Of a stretch of 64,000 bases of DNA, positions 47,884 through 55,766 are shown piece by piece; position 1 is the stretch's first letter, and every line of letters begins with the position of its first letter. Below the pieces are notes generated by a model. The model was not told where the DNA came from and made no database searches. It worked only from the letters and a program-made list of their open reading frames with translations. This DNA comes from Candidatus Saccharicenans sp. GTDB lineage: Bacteria > Acidobacteriota > Aminicenantia > Aminicenantales > Saccharicenantaceae. Where the stretch lies: contig JASEIU010000001.1 in the NCBI GenBank assembly GCA_030017715.1, forward strand, positions 1,520 to 65,519. The letters run 5' to 3'. The position numbers were made by a program, and so were the translations under genes.

Positions 47884-48336
47884 TTAAAGCCTTTCTGTCG
47901 AGAGCAAGCGCGCTCTTGCCAGGTTCATTGTATCCGGAGCATATATCTCGTCATTTGGGCGTGCTCTTCCTCCTTTCAACCAATATTTTTAACGAGATTT
48001 TTACTGGAGAAAGCTCGGTTTTTTCAGGCGAAAGTTTGATTGACCTCAGGGCTTCCTCCATGCTCGTCCCGACCGCCGCTTCACCACCACGCTGCTTCCG
48101 GATATTCCCCTTAGACTTGAGCCCATGTCTCAACCCAGGAGAATGATTGAGGTTGACCGCCGGGGAGTCTTTCGATTAAGATATCTAAGGTGAAGGGCCG
48201 CCAATAGGCAAAAGAGCGATTTTGATCGCAACCATTTAATAACAGAATATTTACGTATGGCAAGAAGGGATATGACAGGTTGGGCAAAGGCCCTGTTTTC
48301 ACCAGAAAAGCAAATTTTCCGAAATAGGAGATTAGC

Positions 48337-48861
48337 ATGAAAAATATTTTCGTGGGTTTAACCTGCCTGGTTTTCTTGTTTCTCCTGCTTCCGGGCAGCC
48401 TCATTGCCCAGGAAGAAAATCCGAAGACAGGAGACAAAAAATTTGATGCCTATCTCAAAAGAATGAACGAAGAAGCTAAGGGAGATCCTGAGGGTTTTAT
48501 CCGTCGGCTCAGCGAAAGACACAATGTGGCCGAACAGGAAATTCGGGAGGCCAGGGAAAAGCACGGGCTGGACTTCGGCGAAACCTACATGGCCACCGTC
48601 CTGGCCAGGAGGACCAATCAGAGAGTGATCGCAATAGCGGAGCAATACCAGCAGAATAAAGGGCAGGGCTGGGGAGTCATGGCCCAGAGAATGGGCATCA
48701 AACCCGGTTCCCCGGAATTTAAGCAGATGAAGGCGGAAGCCAAGAGTCACGCTGATCACTTAAGAAACATGAATAAGATGAAGAAGAAAGAGATGGAAAG
48801 GGAAAGAGAAAGGGAAAAAATTAAACAAAAAGCTGCACCGGCGAAGGGTAAAAAGAGATAA
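48337..48861 (+). CDS. secreted Lys/Glu-rich hypothetical protein
   Basis: Signal peptide MKNIFVGLTCLVFLFLLLPGSLIA. Charged helical C-terminal tail. No known family. Confidence 0.5.
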   Translation: MKNIFVGLTCLVFLFLLLPGSLIAQEENPKTGDKKFDAYLKRMNEEAKGDPEGFIRRLSERHNVAEQEIREAREKHGLDFGETYMATVLARRTNQRVIAIAEQYQQNKGQGWGVMAQRMGIKPGSPEFKQMKAEAKSHADHLRNMNKMKKKEMEREREREKIKQKAAPAKGKKR

Positions 48862-49005
48862 CTCCTCCCGCTTTAAGCAACTTAAAAGACCGTTTGCTCC
48901 GGGAGCTCAAGCTGAGAGTATATTTCCGCCCGAATAGAAAACCACGCCTGGAACCGACCGCCCGTTAAGTTATCAGCCCTTGCTGAACTGGAAAAAAGGG
49001 GTAGA

Positions 49006-49170
49006 CTATTTTTTCTTTCTTGCTTTCGCGGTGACTTCGGCCTTGCTCTTTTCCCTCATATCGGCCGCATGAGCCCGCTTGTAGGTTTGAATGTCCACAA
49101 AACGACCTCTGGCGTCGCGCACCGCGTAGAGTTTGGTGCCCTTAACACTGCGATGAGTTGTTCTTTTCAT
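49006..49170 (-). CDS. 54-aa basic small protein (unannotated, below the ORF-track cut-off)
   Basis: ATG at 49170 preceded by GAGGAGG 8 nt upstream. Translation: MKRTTHRSVKGTKLYAVRDARGRFVDIQTYKRAHAADMREKSKAEVTAKARKKK. High Lys/Arg content. No family recognised. Confidence 0.5.
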   Translation of the reverse strand: MKRTTHRSVKGTKLYAVRDARGRFVDIQTYKRAHAADMREKSKAEVTAKARKKK

Positions 49171-49602
49171 AGCTGTATTTCCTCCTCTTAAAATTATTTC
49201 TTGCCAACCGCGTCAGATAATTGTTTTTCGGGGATATGGATGCGCGGCCGGAGGCCGGTCCGAGTTTCCTGAAGTAAAAATCCTCCCTTCAAATGGACAA
49301 GTAGAGAAAGCAGCCTTTTTAAGAATACTTACCCCCTTACTTTTTATGTTCCACCCTTCCTTTCTATTTTTAGAATATGATTTTACTTTCAGGTCTGTCA
49401 AGAGAATAATTCGGCAGTAAGAAATAATTCAGAAATGATTCAGAGTCCCACCTTAAGCTTAATCCAATTATTGGTGATTTAGAGTTGATTTCTATATGTT
49501 CGTAAATTTATGAATGACCAGCCTGGAGTATCATCATCAGAATGCCGTCTTCAGACTTTTGGCCCACCGATATCCTACTAACTTAGTAGGAATTATCTTA
49601 AA

Positions 49603-52029
49603 TCAGTCAGGTCTGAAGCCCGGCTCCCGGACTCCGGAATCCAGATGCCAGTAAGGCAGCCAGAGAAGTCCCGACCAGCGGACGGCCATATCTTTTTTCT
49701 TTGGCCGGATAGCTATAATCTGAAACTGCTCTCGTTCCGGGTCATAGAGACTGGCTATGCTGTCCGCTTCTCTCTGGAGTTCTCGTTCCATCTCCTCCAG
49801 CCTGGATCTGGCCAGCTCCACCTGTTCCTGGGCTCTTTTTATGTCCATTTTTTCATAATAAGCCCGGCTGGCGCTTCGGGCAGTGGTGGTAGCCCTGCCA
49901 ATTTGATAGGATTTGCGGCCCAGAATGGTTCCGAAAATGGTAGCGGCTGTGGAGATGGCGCTCTGGGCCACTTTTTCTTTGTACTGCTCCTGTTCTCTCT
50001 GAAGCCGCTGCTGGGCGGTCAGGTACTGCTTTTCGAGAGAAGCGATTCTAACGGCGTACTTCCTTCTGAGCTTTTCGACAGCCTCATCGCGTTTTTCTCT
50101 GGCCAGCTGTCCGAGCCTGATCCTGAAATCACGCTCCGACTCTTCTGGTTGGGAGATTGCCTGAAAAGCGGCGCTTTTCATGAGGGTAAGTTGATAACTC
50201 CTGACCAGATAATCAAGGTAATCATTTTCGGCAGATTTTAAGAGCGAAAGGGCCCGGGATGGGAGAGAAAAGTAACTGGCTGCCGGCCTCGGTTGCTTCT
50301 CCAGCGATTCCAGCTTCAGGGATAACGGGATGGATTTATCCCAGAGCAGGCCAATAACCTCGTCTGTTATCTCCAGGTAATTGAAAACTTCAGAAACCTG
50401 AGAAATTCCGAGACGGTTATCGAACAGAGCCACCTGGACCGACACAGCTATGGCCGGATGGTAAACAAGCCTGGCCGGCGACGAAGTCTGGGTTGCGAGC
50501 GGCAGGAAAAGTTCGCTTATTCCAGGAGGCAGGGAGGGCTTGAGGCCGCTGATGGCGGCGGTGGCGCTTATTGAAGGCCTGCTTTCCTGCGGCCCGGGTG
50601 CAGACTCGTAAGAGGGCCCCGGTTTTTTTCTGGCCTTCATCACTTCCGTTATCTGCTGCCTGGTCATAGGTCCGCGCAGATAGGAAAGAGTCCATCTGGT
50701 GTGCAGCAGAACCGGCCGGTCCTCATGAACGTTGTGCATGAGGAATATTCTTTTTTTAAGGCTGCTGATCTGGTTGGAGACCGTCTTCAGGTCGATATTT
50801 CCGGCCACGCTGGCCAGGCCTTCCAGCAGCCGGTCTTTATCCCGTTCTGTTTGCAATCGGCCAATGAACCAGGTTCCGGTGTTGGCCAGGCCTTTGTAAT
50901 CCAGGTCAACAGGGTTCTGGGTAGTAAGAACCAGACCGAGCCCGAAGGCTCTGGCCTGTTTCAGCAGCGTCAGCAGGGGTCTTTTTGACGGCGGCTCGCT
51001 GATCGGCGGGAAAAAGCCGAAAATCTCATCCATGTAAAAAATCGCCCGGAGGGAAGAAGTTCCCGATTGTTGCCGGACCCAGCCGAGAAGCTGGTTGAGC
51101 AGAATGGTAACAAAAAACATCCGCTGGGCATCGGACAGGTGAGCGATGGAGATGATACTGTGCCTTGGTTTGCCCGCGGGAGTATAAAGGAGCGAGTCAA
51201 TGTCCAGAGGATCTCCGCTCAGCCATTGATCAAACCCGGGCGCCGCCAGAAGATTGTTGAGCATCATGGCCAGCTTGAATCGTTCCTGAGCCGGGTAAAA
51301 GGAGTCCAGCTCAAAAACTCCTATTCGTCTTAAAGGCGGATTCTGGATCTGTTGAATCAGGGAAGCCAGGTCCAGTCCTTTCCCGGCAGTCCAGGCGGCC
51401 TGCAGCAGATTGGAAATAAGGATATGTTCCCGGCTCTGGAGAGGGTCAGCCTGAAGGCCCAGAAGACCGAGAAGCCCGGAAACCGTGGTTGATATTTTTT
51501 CAGCCAGGAGCTCGGGGTCTTCCATTATGGCCGGCGGCGGAGCGTCGAACGATTTCAGTATGGAAAGAGGCCAGCCGGCGTTGCTGCCAGGAGTGTAGAT
51601 GCTGAGGTCCACAGTATGTTGAAGTTTCTGGAGGCGCGAGGGGTCCTGGTCCCAGTCGGCCAGGCCCTTTTTCCACAGCTCGGCTTGCTGGCGGGCATAA
51701 TCGTCAGGGGAAAGGCCTTTCTGGGCGGCTTCGTTCTCGTCAACCCAGGGTCGGAAGTCTTCAGGCCGCAACCCGGGAAACAGAAGCATCAGATTGCCGA
51801 GGTCTCCTTTGGGGTCAACGATGATGGCCGGAATGCCGTCTATTGCGGATTCTTCCAGCAGACCGACGCCCAGGCCGGTCTTGCCGCTGCCAGTCATACC
51901 GACACAGACGGCGTGGGTGACCAGGTCTTTGGAATCGTAGAGTATATAGTCAGGGGTTATCGATAACGTTTGAGGGTCAACGGCTTTTCCCAAATAAAAC
52001 AGACCCAATTTTTCATATACGGGGTTCAT
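49603..52029 (-). CDS. HerA-superfamily P-loop ATPase, YjgR/DUF853-like, with ~300-aa C-terminal coiled-coil extension
   Basis: Walker A GMTGSGKTGLGVGLLEESAIDGIPAIIVDPKGDL has the YjgR/HerA arrangement. Later LVLTTQNPVDLDYKGLANTGTWFIGRLQTERDKDRL is the HerA-type sensor region. The C-terminal 300 aa is heptad-rich. The ATG at 52029 has an AAAGGAG ribosome-binding site; the tool start (TTG at 52050) is unlikely. Overlaps the upstream amidohydrolase gene by 17 nt. Confidence 0.7.
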   Translation of the reverse strand: MNPVYEKLGLFYLGKAVDPQTLSITPDYILYDSKDLVTHAVCVGMTGSGKTGLGVGLLEESAIDGIPAIIVDPKGDLGNLMLLFPGLRPEDFRPWVDENEAAQKGLSPDDYARQQAELWKKGLADWDQDPSRLQKLQHTVDLSIYTPGSNAGWPLSILKSFDAPPPAIMEDPELLAEKISTTVSGLLGLLGLQADPLQSREHILISNLLQAAWTAGKGLDLASLIQQIQNPPLRRIGVFELDSFYPAQERFKLAMMLNNLLAAPGFDQWLSGDPLDIDSLLYTPAGKPRHSIISIAHLSDAQRMFFVTILLNQLLGWVRQQSGTSSLRAIFYMDEIFGFFPPISEPPSKRPLLTLLKQARAFGLGLVLTTQNPVDLDYKGLANTGTWFIGRLQTERDKDRLLEGLASVAGNIDLKTVSNQISSLKKRIFLMHNVHEDRPVLLHTRWTLSYLRGPMTRQQITEVMKARKKPGPSYESAPGPQESRPSISATAAISGLKPSLPPGISELFLPLATQTSSPARLVYHPAIAVSVQVALFDNRLGISQVSEVFNYLEITDEVIGLLWDKSIPLSLKLESLEKQPRPAASYFSLPSRALSLLKSAENDYLDYLVRSYQLTLMKSAAFQAISQPEESERDFRIRLGQLAREKRDEAVEKLRRKYAVRIASLEKQYLTAQQRLQREQEQYKEKVAQSAISTAATIFGTILGRKSYQIGRATTTARSASRAYYEKMDIKRAQEQVELARSRLEEMERELQREADSIASLYDPEREQFQIIAIRPKKKDMAVRWSGLLWLPYWHLDSGVREPGFRPD

Positions 52030-53845
52030 TTGAAAACTCCTTTTTTTCAAAGACTATTTTGCCTTCGATGATCGTCATAAGCACTTCGGTCTTGAGGATT
52101 TCGGTCGGCGGAATTTTCAGCAGGTTGCGGTCGAAAACCGTGATGTCGGCCAGTTTGCCCTTTTTCAGCGAGCCGCGGCTGTCGGCTTCAAAGGCGGCGT
52201 AAGCGTTGTTGATGGTGTAGGCCTTAAGGCATTCTTCCACTGAAATTTTTTGCTCCGGGAACCAGCCGCCCTCGGGCTGGCCGGTCAGGGTCTGGCGGGT
52301 GACGGCGGCGTAGATTAGATATTTCGGGTGCATGTAATATTCGGCGGCGCTTGTTCCCGGCCAGTCGGAACCGAAGCTCAGGATGGCCCCATTGTCCAGG
52401 AGCGATTTGAAGGCGTAGGCGCCCTTGCATCTTTCATAGCCGATTCTTTCTTCCATCCAGCGCATGTCGTCGGAGATGTGGTAGGGATTAACTTCGGCGA
52501 TAACGTTCAGCGCTCTGAACCGCGGGAAGTCCTGCGGTCGTATTACCTGGGCGTGAATCACCCGGAAGCCGGTGAGGTCGACACCTTCGTTCTTAAGACG
52601 TTCATAGAGGTCGAGCATTTCGGCCACACCGCGGTCTCCGATGGCATGGACGTTCGGGACGAATCCGGCCTCAAAGCCTGTTTTTATCAGGCGGTACATT
52701 TTTTCCATGTTTCCAACTTTGAGTTCCGGGTCGTCGGAGGTGTGATGCCGCCAGTGGCCATAGTTGTCTGGCTGGTCGTTGTATGGTTCAAAGAAGAGGG
52801 CTCCGTGAGTGCCCATGATTCCGTCGATGTAGCCTTTGAGGGCGCCGTAGCGCAGCCAGCCGTCCTTCTGCCGGGTTTTCGGGTGAAGTCCCATGGTGAA
52901 ACCCTGTTCTTTTAATTCAGCGGCCAGCGACAGATCCGGGCGCAACCAGACCCGGCAGGTAAGTTCCCCGTTTTCCTGGAGCTTAACGAAACGCTCAATC
53001 TGAGCCGGAGTGGCGATATCATGGATTTCAACGATGCCGGCTTCTCTGAGCGCCTTGAGGGCAGCCCGGTTTTCGTCCAGCAGGCGTTTTTCGGATTTTG
53101 GCTTGCGGGCTTTCTGCAGGGCATCAAAAGCCGGGGTATTGTGGAAAATTATTCCGGTGGGTTGCCCCTGTTTGTCGAGTTCCATTCCCGGGAGAATTTT
53201 TCGGTCGAGGCCGGCAGCTTTGAGAGCTGCGGTGTTGGCTAACCATTCCTTGTAATCAAAACGGCAGATAAAAACGGGGTTTTCGGGGGTGAGGTCGTCG
53301 ACCATCCGGCGGTGAGGGCGCCAGCGTTCTTTTTTCGCGGATGAGAGAGCTGTGCCCGGGTCTCCCTCAGCCCACTGTTCGTAAGCACCCCAGAGACCTC
53401 CGGTAATCCATTCGTCCTTGTCCAGAAGCTGGACTACCCGGCCGATTTCCCGGCGCAGCCCGTGCTCGTCGGAAACTTTCATCAGATTGGCGTCGTTGAT
53501 CATGGCGCCGGCCTGGTTGAAATGCACGTGGGCGTCGATGATTCCGGGGGTAACGAAGGCTCTTTTCAGGTCGATGACCCTGGTCGCAGGACCGCGGTAG
53601 CGGAGGGCTTTTTTATCGCTGGCGCAGTCGTCTATGATTTTGTTTCCTTTGATCACCAGAGACGAAGCGTGGGGGAGGTCGGGTTCGATCGTGCAGATTT
53701 CTCCGTTGATAAGTATCAGGTCGGCCACTTCTACCGGCTGGCGGGAACAGCAAGTTACGCCAATCAGCATGGCTATAATCAGGATAAAAAACAGAAGAAG
53801 AGAAGATTTGATGACAAGGCGGATTTTTCTCATGGTCAACTCCAT
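52013..53845 (-). CDS. amidohydrolase-3 family metal-dependent hydrolase (paralog of the 9123-10928 gene), membrane/lipoprotein-anchored
   Basis: 610 aa. N-terminal hydrophobic anchor with Cys pair. GIIDAHVHF HxH motif. Same family architecture as the other amidohydrolase. Start probably the ATG at 53833 (GGAG ribosome-binding site). Confidence 0.8.
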   Translation of the reverse strand: MELTMRKIRLVIKSSLLLFFILIIAMLIGVTCCSRQPVEVADLILINGEICTIEPDLPHASSLVIKGNKIIDDCASDKKALRYRGPATRVIDLKRAFVTPGIIDAHVHFNQAGAMINDANLMKVSDEHGLRREIGRVVQLLDKDEWITGGLWGAYEQWAEGDPGTALSSAKKERWRPHRRMVDDLTPENPVFICRFDYKEWLANTAALKAAGLDRKILPGMELDKQGQPTGIIFHNTPAFDALQKARKPKSEKRLLDENRAALKALREAGIVEIHDIATPAQIERFVKLQENGELTCRVWLRPDLSLAAELKEQGFTMGLHPKTRQKDGWLRYGALKGYIDGIMGTHGALFFEPYNDQPDNYGHWRHHTSDDPELKVGNMEKMYRLIKTGFEAGFVPNVHAIGDRGVAEMLDLYERLKNEGVDLTGFRVIHAQVIRPQDFPRFRALNVIAEVNPYHISDDMRWMEERIGYERCKGAYAFKSLLDNGAILSFGSDWPGTSAAEYYMHPKYLIYAAVTRQTLTGQPEGGWFPEQKISVEECLKAYTINNAYAAFEADSRGSLKKGKLADITVFDRNLLKIPPTEILKTEVLMTIIEGKIVFEKKEFSNEPRI

Positions 53846-54068
53846 GGTTGAGTTTTCTTTTGCGTCGAATCTCGGAAAAAGAGAATCAAGAATTATTAAT
53901 ATTGAGATTGCCTCAGAAATGCAACCAAAAATTCTCTCTTTAACCTCCAGAATCCTGACGAATAGGGATGTCCGGCGAAGGCGGAGGGCCGGTCAGCCGG
54001 CTGTCCAGGCCAGCATTTAAAAAAAGCTGAGATAATGTGGAATAAGTGAGGCAGGTTTGAGGGAGAGA

Positions 54069-54172
54069 GGGGGACACTTTAAGATGTCCCCGATTTCGTT
54101 CTAATTTTTCCCCTTGAAAATATGGGCTGGATGCGGGAAAAAGGGGACACCGTCAGGTGTCCCCTGTTTTAC
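54069..54172. repeat. copy 1 of a ~100-bp bidirectional-terminator cassette with two GGGGACA...TGTCCCC hairpins
   Basis: About 90% identical to 55665-55766. Hairpin A: GGGGACAC-TTTAA-GATGTCCCC followed by a T-rich run on the + strand. Hairpin B: GGGGACACC-GTCA-GGTGTCCCC preceded by AAAAA, i.e. a U-tract on the - strand. It lies immediately 3' of the stop of the 54188-55204 gene. Confidence 0.7.
54135..54164 (-). terminator. rho-independent terminator for the secreted-protein gene
   Basis: Perfect 9-bp stem GGGGACACC/GGTGTCCCC with a 4-nt loop, followed on the minus strand by UUUUU, 24 nt after the stop codon. Confidence 0.75.
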
Positions 54173-54187
54173 AGGGTCAGTGGAGGA

Positions 54188-55204
54188 TCAGTGGAGCTTC
54201 GATTTGATCAGGGCGGCTGTTGGTCGGGTAGCCATGACGCTGGGCTTTACTTCTTTGACCATGGCTCTTTTCAGCATATCAATGGTGGCTATGATTTCCG
54301 GCAGGTAGTCATTTTCGATAAGTCCTATGGCCGCCTTGAAAGACCCTTCAAGGAGAGCCGTGAGCAGAGGTTCGTCCGGCACTGGCAGTCCTACGGCTGT
54401 CAGATAAGCTACTGCCAGCTCCTTGAATTGTTCAATTACATTTTCCAGAATTATCAATTCGTCCTGCTGCAGCAGCCAGCCGTAAGCGATACAGGATGTG
54501 CGGAATTCATTTTCCGTGACCCGGATGAACATCTCGGCTTCTTCGCGAGTCATCGGAGTCGCGGTTCCCTGAGAAAAATCAGCCAGATCCTTAGCGTAAG
54601 CTCTGACCATCAGGTTCTGCATGTTGGTCTTCGGCCGGGCAGCGATCTGCATGATTTTTGCGCCCAGACTGCGGTCGTAGCGAACGAGGACTATGTCGCC
54701 GGCAGCTTCAATGATGTTATGGCATACTTCAAGAGCGACTGCCGGAAAGTCCTTGAAGAGATTGTAATAATCTGGAGAGACGGTTTTCAGGTACTCATCA
54801 AGCGCTTTTGCCTTGGTGATGACATAACCTTCATCAGGAAGAAGGGTTAGTGAAGCAATGTGAGCAGTCGAGTCCGCACCCCAGAGGTTGTTATGGCTTA
54901 TGAACCCATAGGAGCTTGCCTTTTCGTAGCCGTATTTTACGGCATATTGAATCTTCAGGAAATGGTGGTGCGTCTGGTCATACAGAAAATCACGGTAAAG
55001 AATGTAAGGGGGTGTAAACAGGTAGTTGAAAGCGTCGGGCGCCATCGCTCCGTACATTTCTTCGATGTCATAGGGGCCGCTGGCTTTTTTGAGTTTGTGG
55101 GCGATAAAAGCGTGAGTCCCCCTCTCCCAGGCTGAGGCCAGTCCAGACAGAATGCCCAACACGAGTAAAATGGAAATTACTGACACTAATGCCTTTTTCA
55201 TGGT
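54188..55204 (-). CDS. secreted hypothetical protein (possibly zinc-dependent phospholipase C/P1-nuclease-like fold, weak)
   Basis: AAGGAGG ribosome-binding site before the ATG at 55204 (MKKALVSVISILLVLGILSGLASAWERGTHAFIAHK). The mature N-terminus W-x-x-GTH resembles the Zn-PLC/S1-P1 nuclease start, but the rest is not diagnostic. The tool ORF extends 27 codons upstream without a ribosome-binding site. Confidence 0.55.
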   Translation of the reverse strand, partial: TMKKALVSVISILLVLGILSGLASAWERGTHAFIAHKLKKASGPYDIEEMYGAMAPDAFNYLFTPPYILYRDFLYDQTHHHFLKIQYAVKYGYEKASSYGFISHNNLWGADSTAHIASLTLLPDEGYVITKAKALDEYLKTVSPDYYNLFKDFPAVALEVCHNIIEAAGDIVLVRYDRSLGAKIMQIAARPKTNMQNLMVRAYAKDLADFSQGTATPMTREEAEMFIRVTENEFRTSCIAYGWLLQQDELIILENVIEQFKELAVAYLTAVGLPVPDEPLLTALLEGSFKAAIGLIENDYLPEIIATIDMLKRAMVKEVKPSVMATRPTAALIKSKLH

Positions 55205-55475
55205 TTTTCCTCCTTTGCACAAGGTGGGTTTTTTACCCCCGCTATAAATATATTTATTTTCTTTTAGATATCCTGTCAAGCGCAATTTTCTTTCAGGTTA
55301 AGACATGGTATCCATGGTAAGGGGGGTATATGGAGGCGGCGGGGTGGTTAGCCGGCAGTGGGGGTAGGAGTTGAAGAAGCGAAGGAATTTATCAGACTGG
55401 CCCTTAAAAAACAGGGCTTCCTCCGGCAAAAGTTTTGTCAAAACTTTTAGCCGAAAGAAGGAAGCCCAAACCCAA

Positions 55476-55676
55476 ATGACGAGATATGTATACCCAGGAT
55501 ACTATGAGCTTTGCAATAGCACGCCGCTGTTGGCCAGGAAGGCCATAATCAGGGCCAATGAGTAGGTGGGCAATATCTCTGAGGTGCCCCGGATTTGTGG
55601 GGCGACCTGGAAGACGGTGCGGAAGGTGTTGAGGAAATGGGAGGTCAGGATTAGTCGAAGAAGAGGGGACACTTAA
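55476..55676 (+). pseudogene. transposase N-terminal helix-turn-helix fragment (IS481/IS3-like), interrupted by an in-frame stop, no catalytic domain
   Basis: The frame reads MTRYVYPGYYELCNSTPLLARKAIIRANE*VGNISEVPRICGATWKTVRKVLRKWEV. This pattern (...TPxxRxxxVxRVxE-G-S-ISEVARxxGVSRKTVxKWLRRY) matches the N-terminal HTH of IS481-type transposases. It ends inside repeat copy 2. No DDE domain follows. Confidence 0.5.
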
Positions 55677-55766
55677 AGATGTCCCCGATTTTTATTTAAT
55701 TTTTCCCCTTGAAAATATGGGCTGGATGCGGGAAAAAGGGGACACCGTCAGGTGTCCCCTGTTTAA
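55665..55766. repeat. copy 2 of the ~100-bp bidirectional-terminator cassette
   Basis: Same two hairpins as copy 1. The + strand T-run here is cleaner (GATTTTTATTTAATTTTT). Hairpin B at 55738-55759 sits 3 nt past the araA-like stop codon on the minus strand. Confidence 0.7.
55730..55759 (-). terminator. rho-independent terminator of the araB-araD-isomerase operon
   Basis: GGGGACACC-GTCA-GGTGTCCCC stem-loop followed by a UUUUU tract on the minus strand, directly after the stop at 55763. Confidence 0.75.

Noticed and set aside
49574-49592. Perfect 9-bp palindrome TCCTACTAA-C-TTAGTAGGA just downstream of the HerA-like ATPase gene
   Set aside because: No U-tract follows it on the minus strand, so it is not a convincing intrinsic terminator. 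As a single short palindrome it could occur by chance.
54122-54850. ORFs 54122-54850 (+) and 55717-56100 (+), both beginning MGWMREKGDTVRCPL
   Set aside because: The shared N-terminus is simply the translated terminator repeat. Both run antisense through better-supported minus-strand genes (the secreted protein and araA-like). They have no ribosome-binding site and are artefacts of the duplication.
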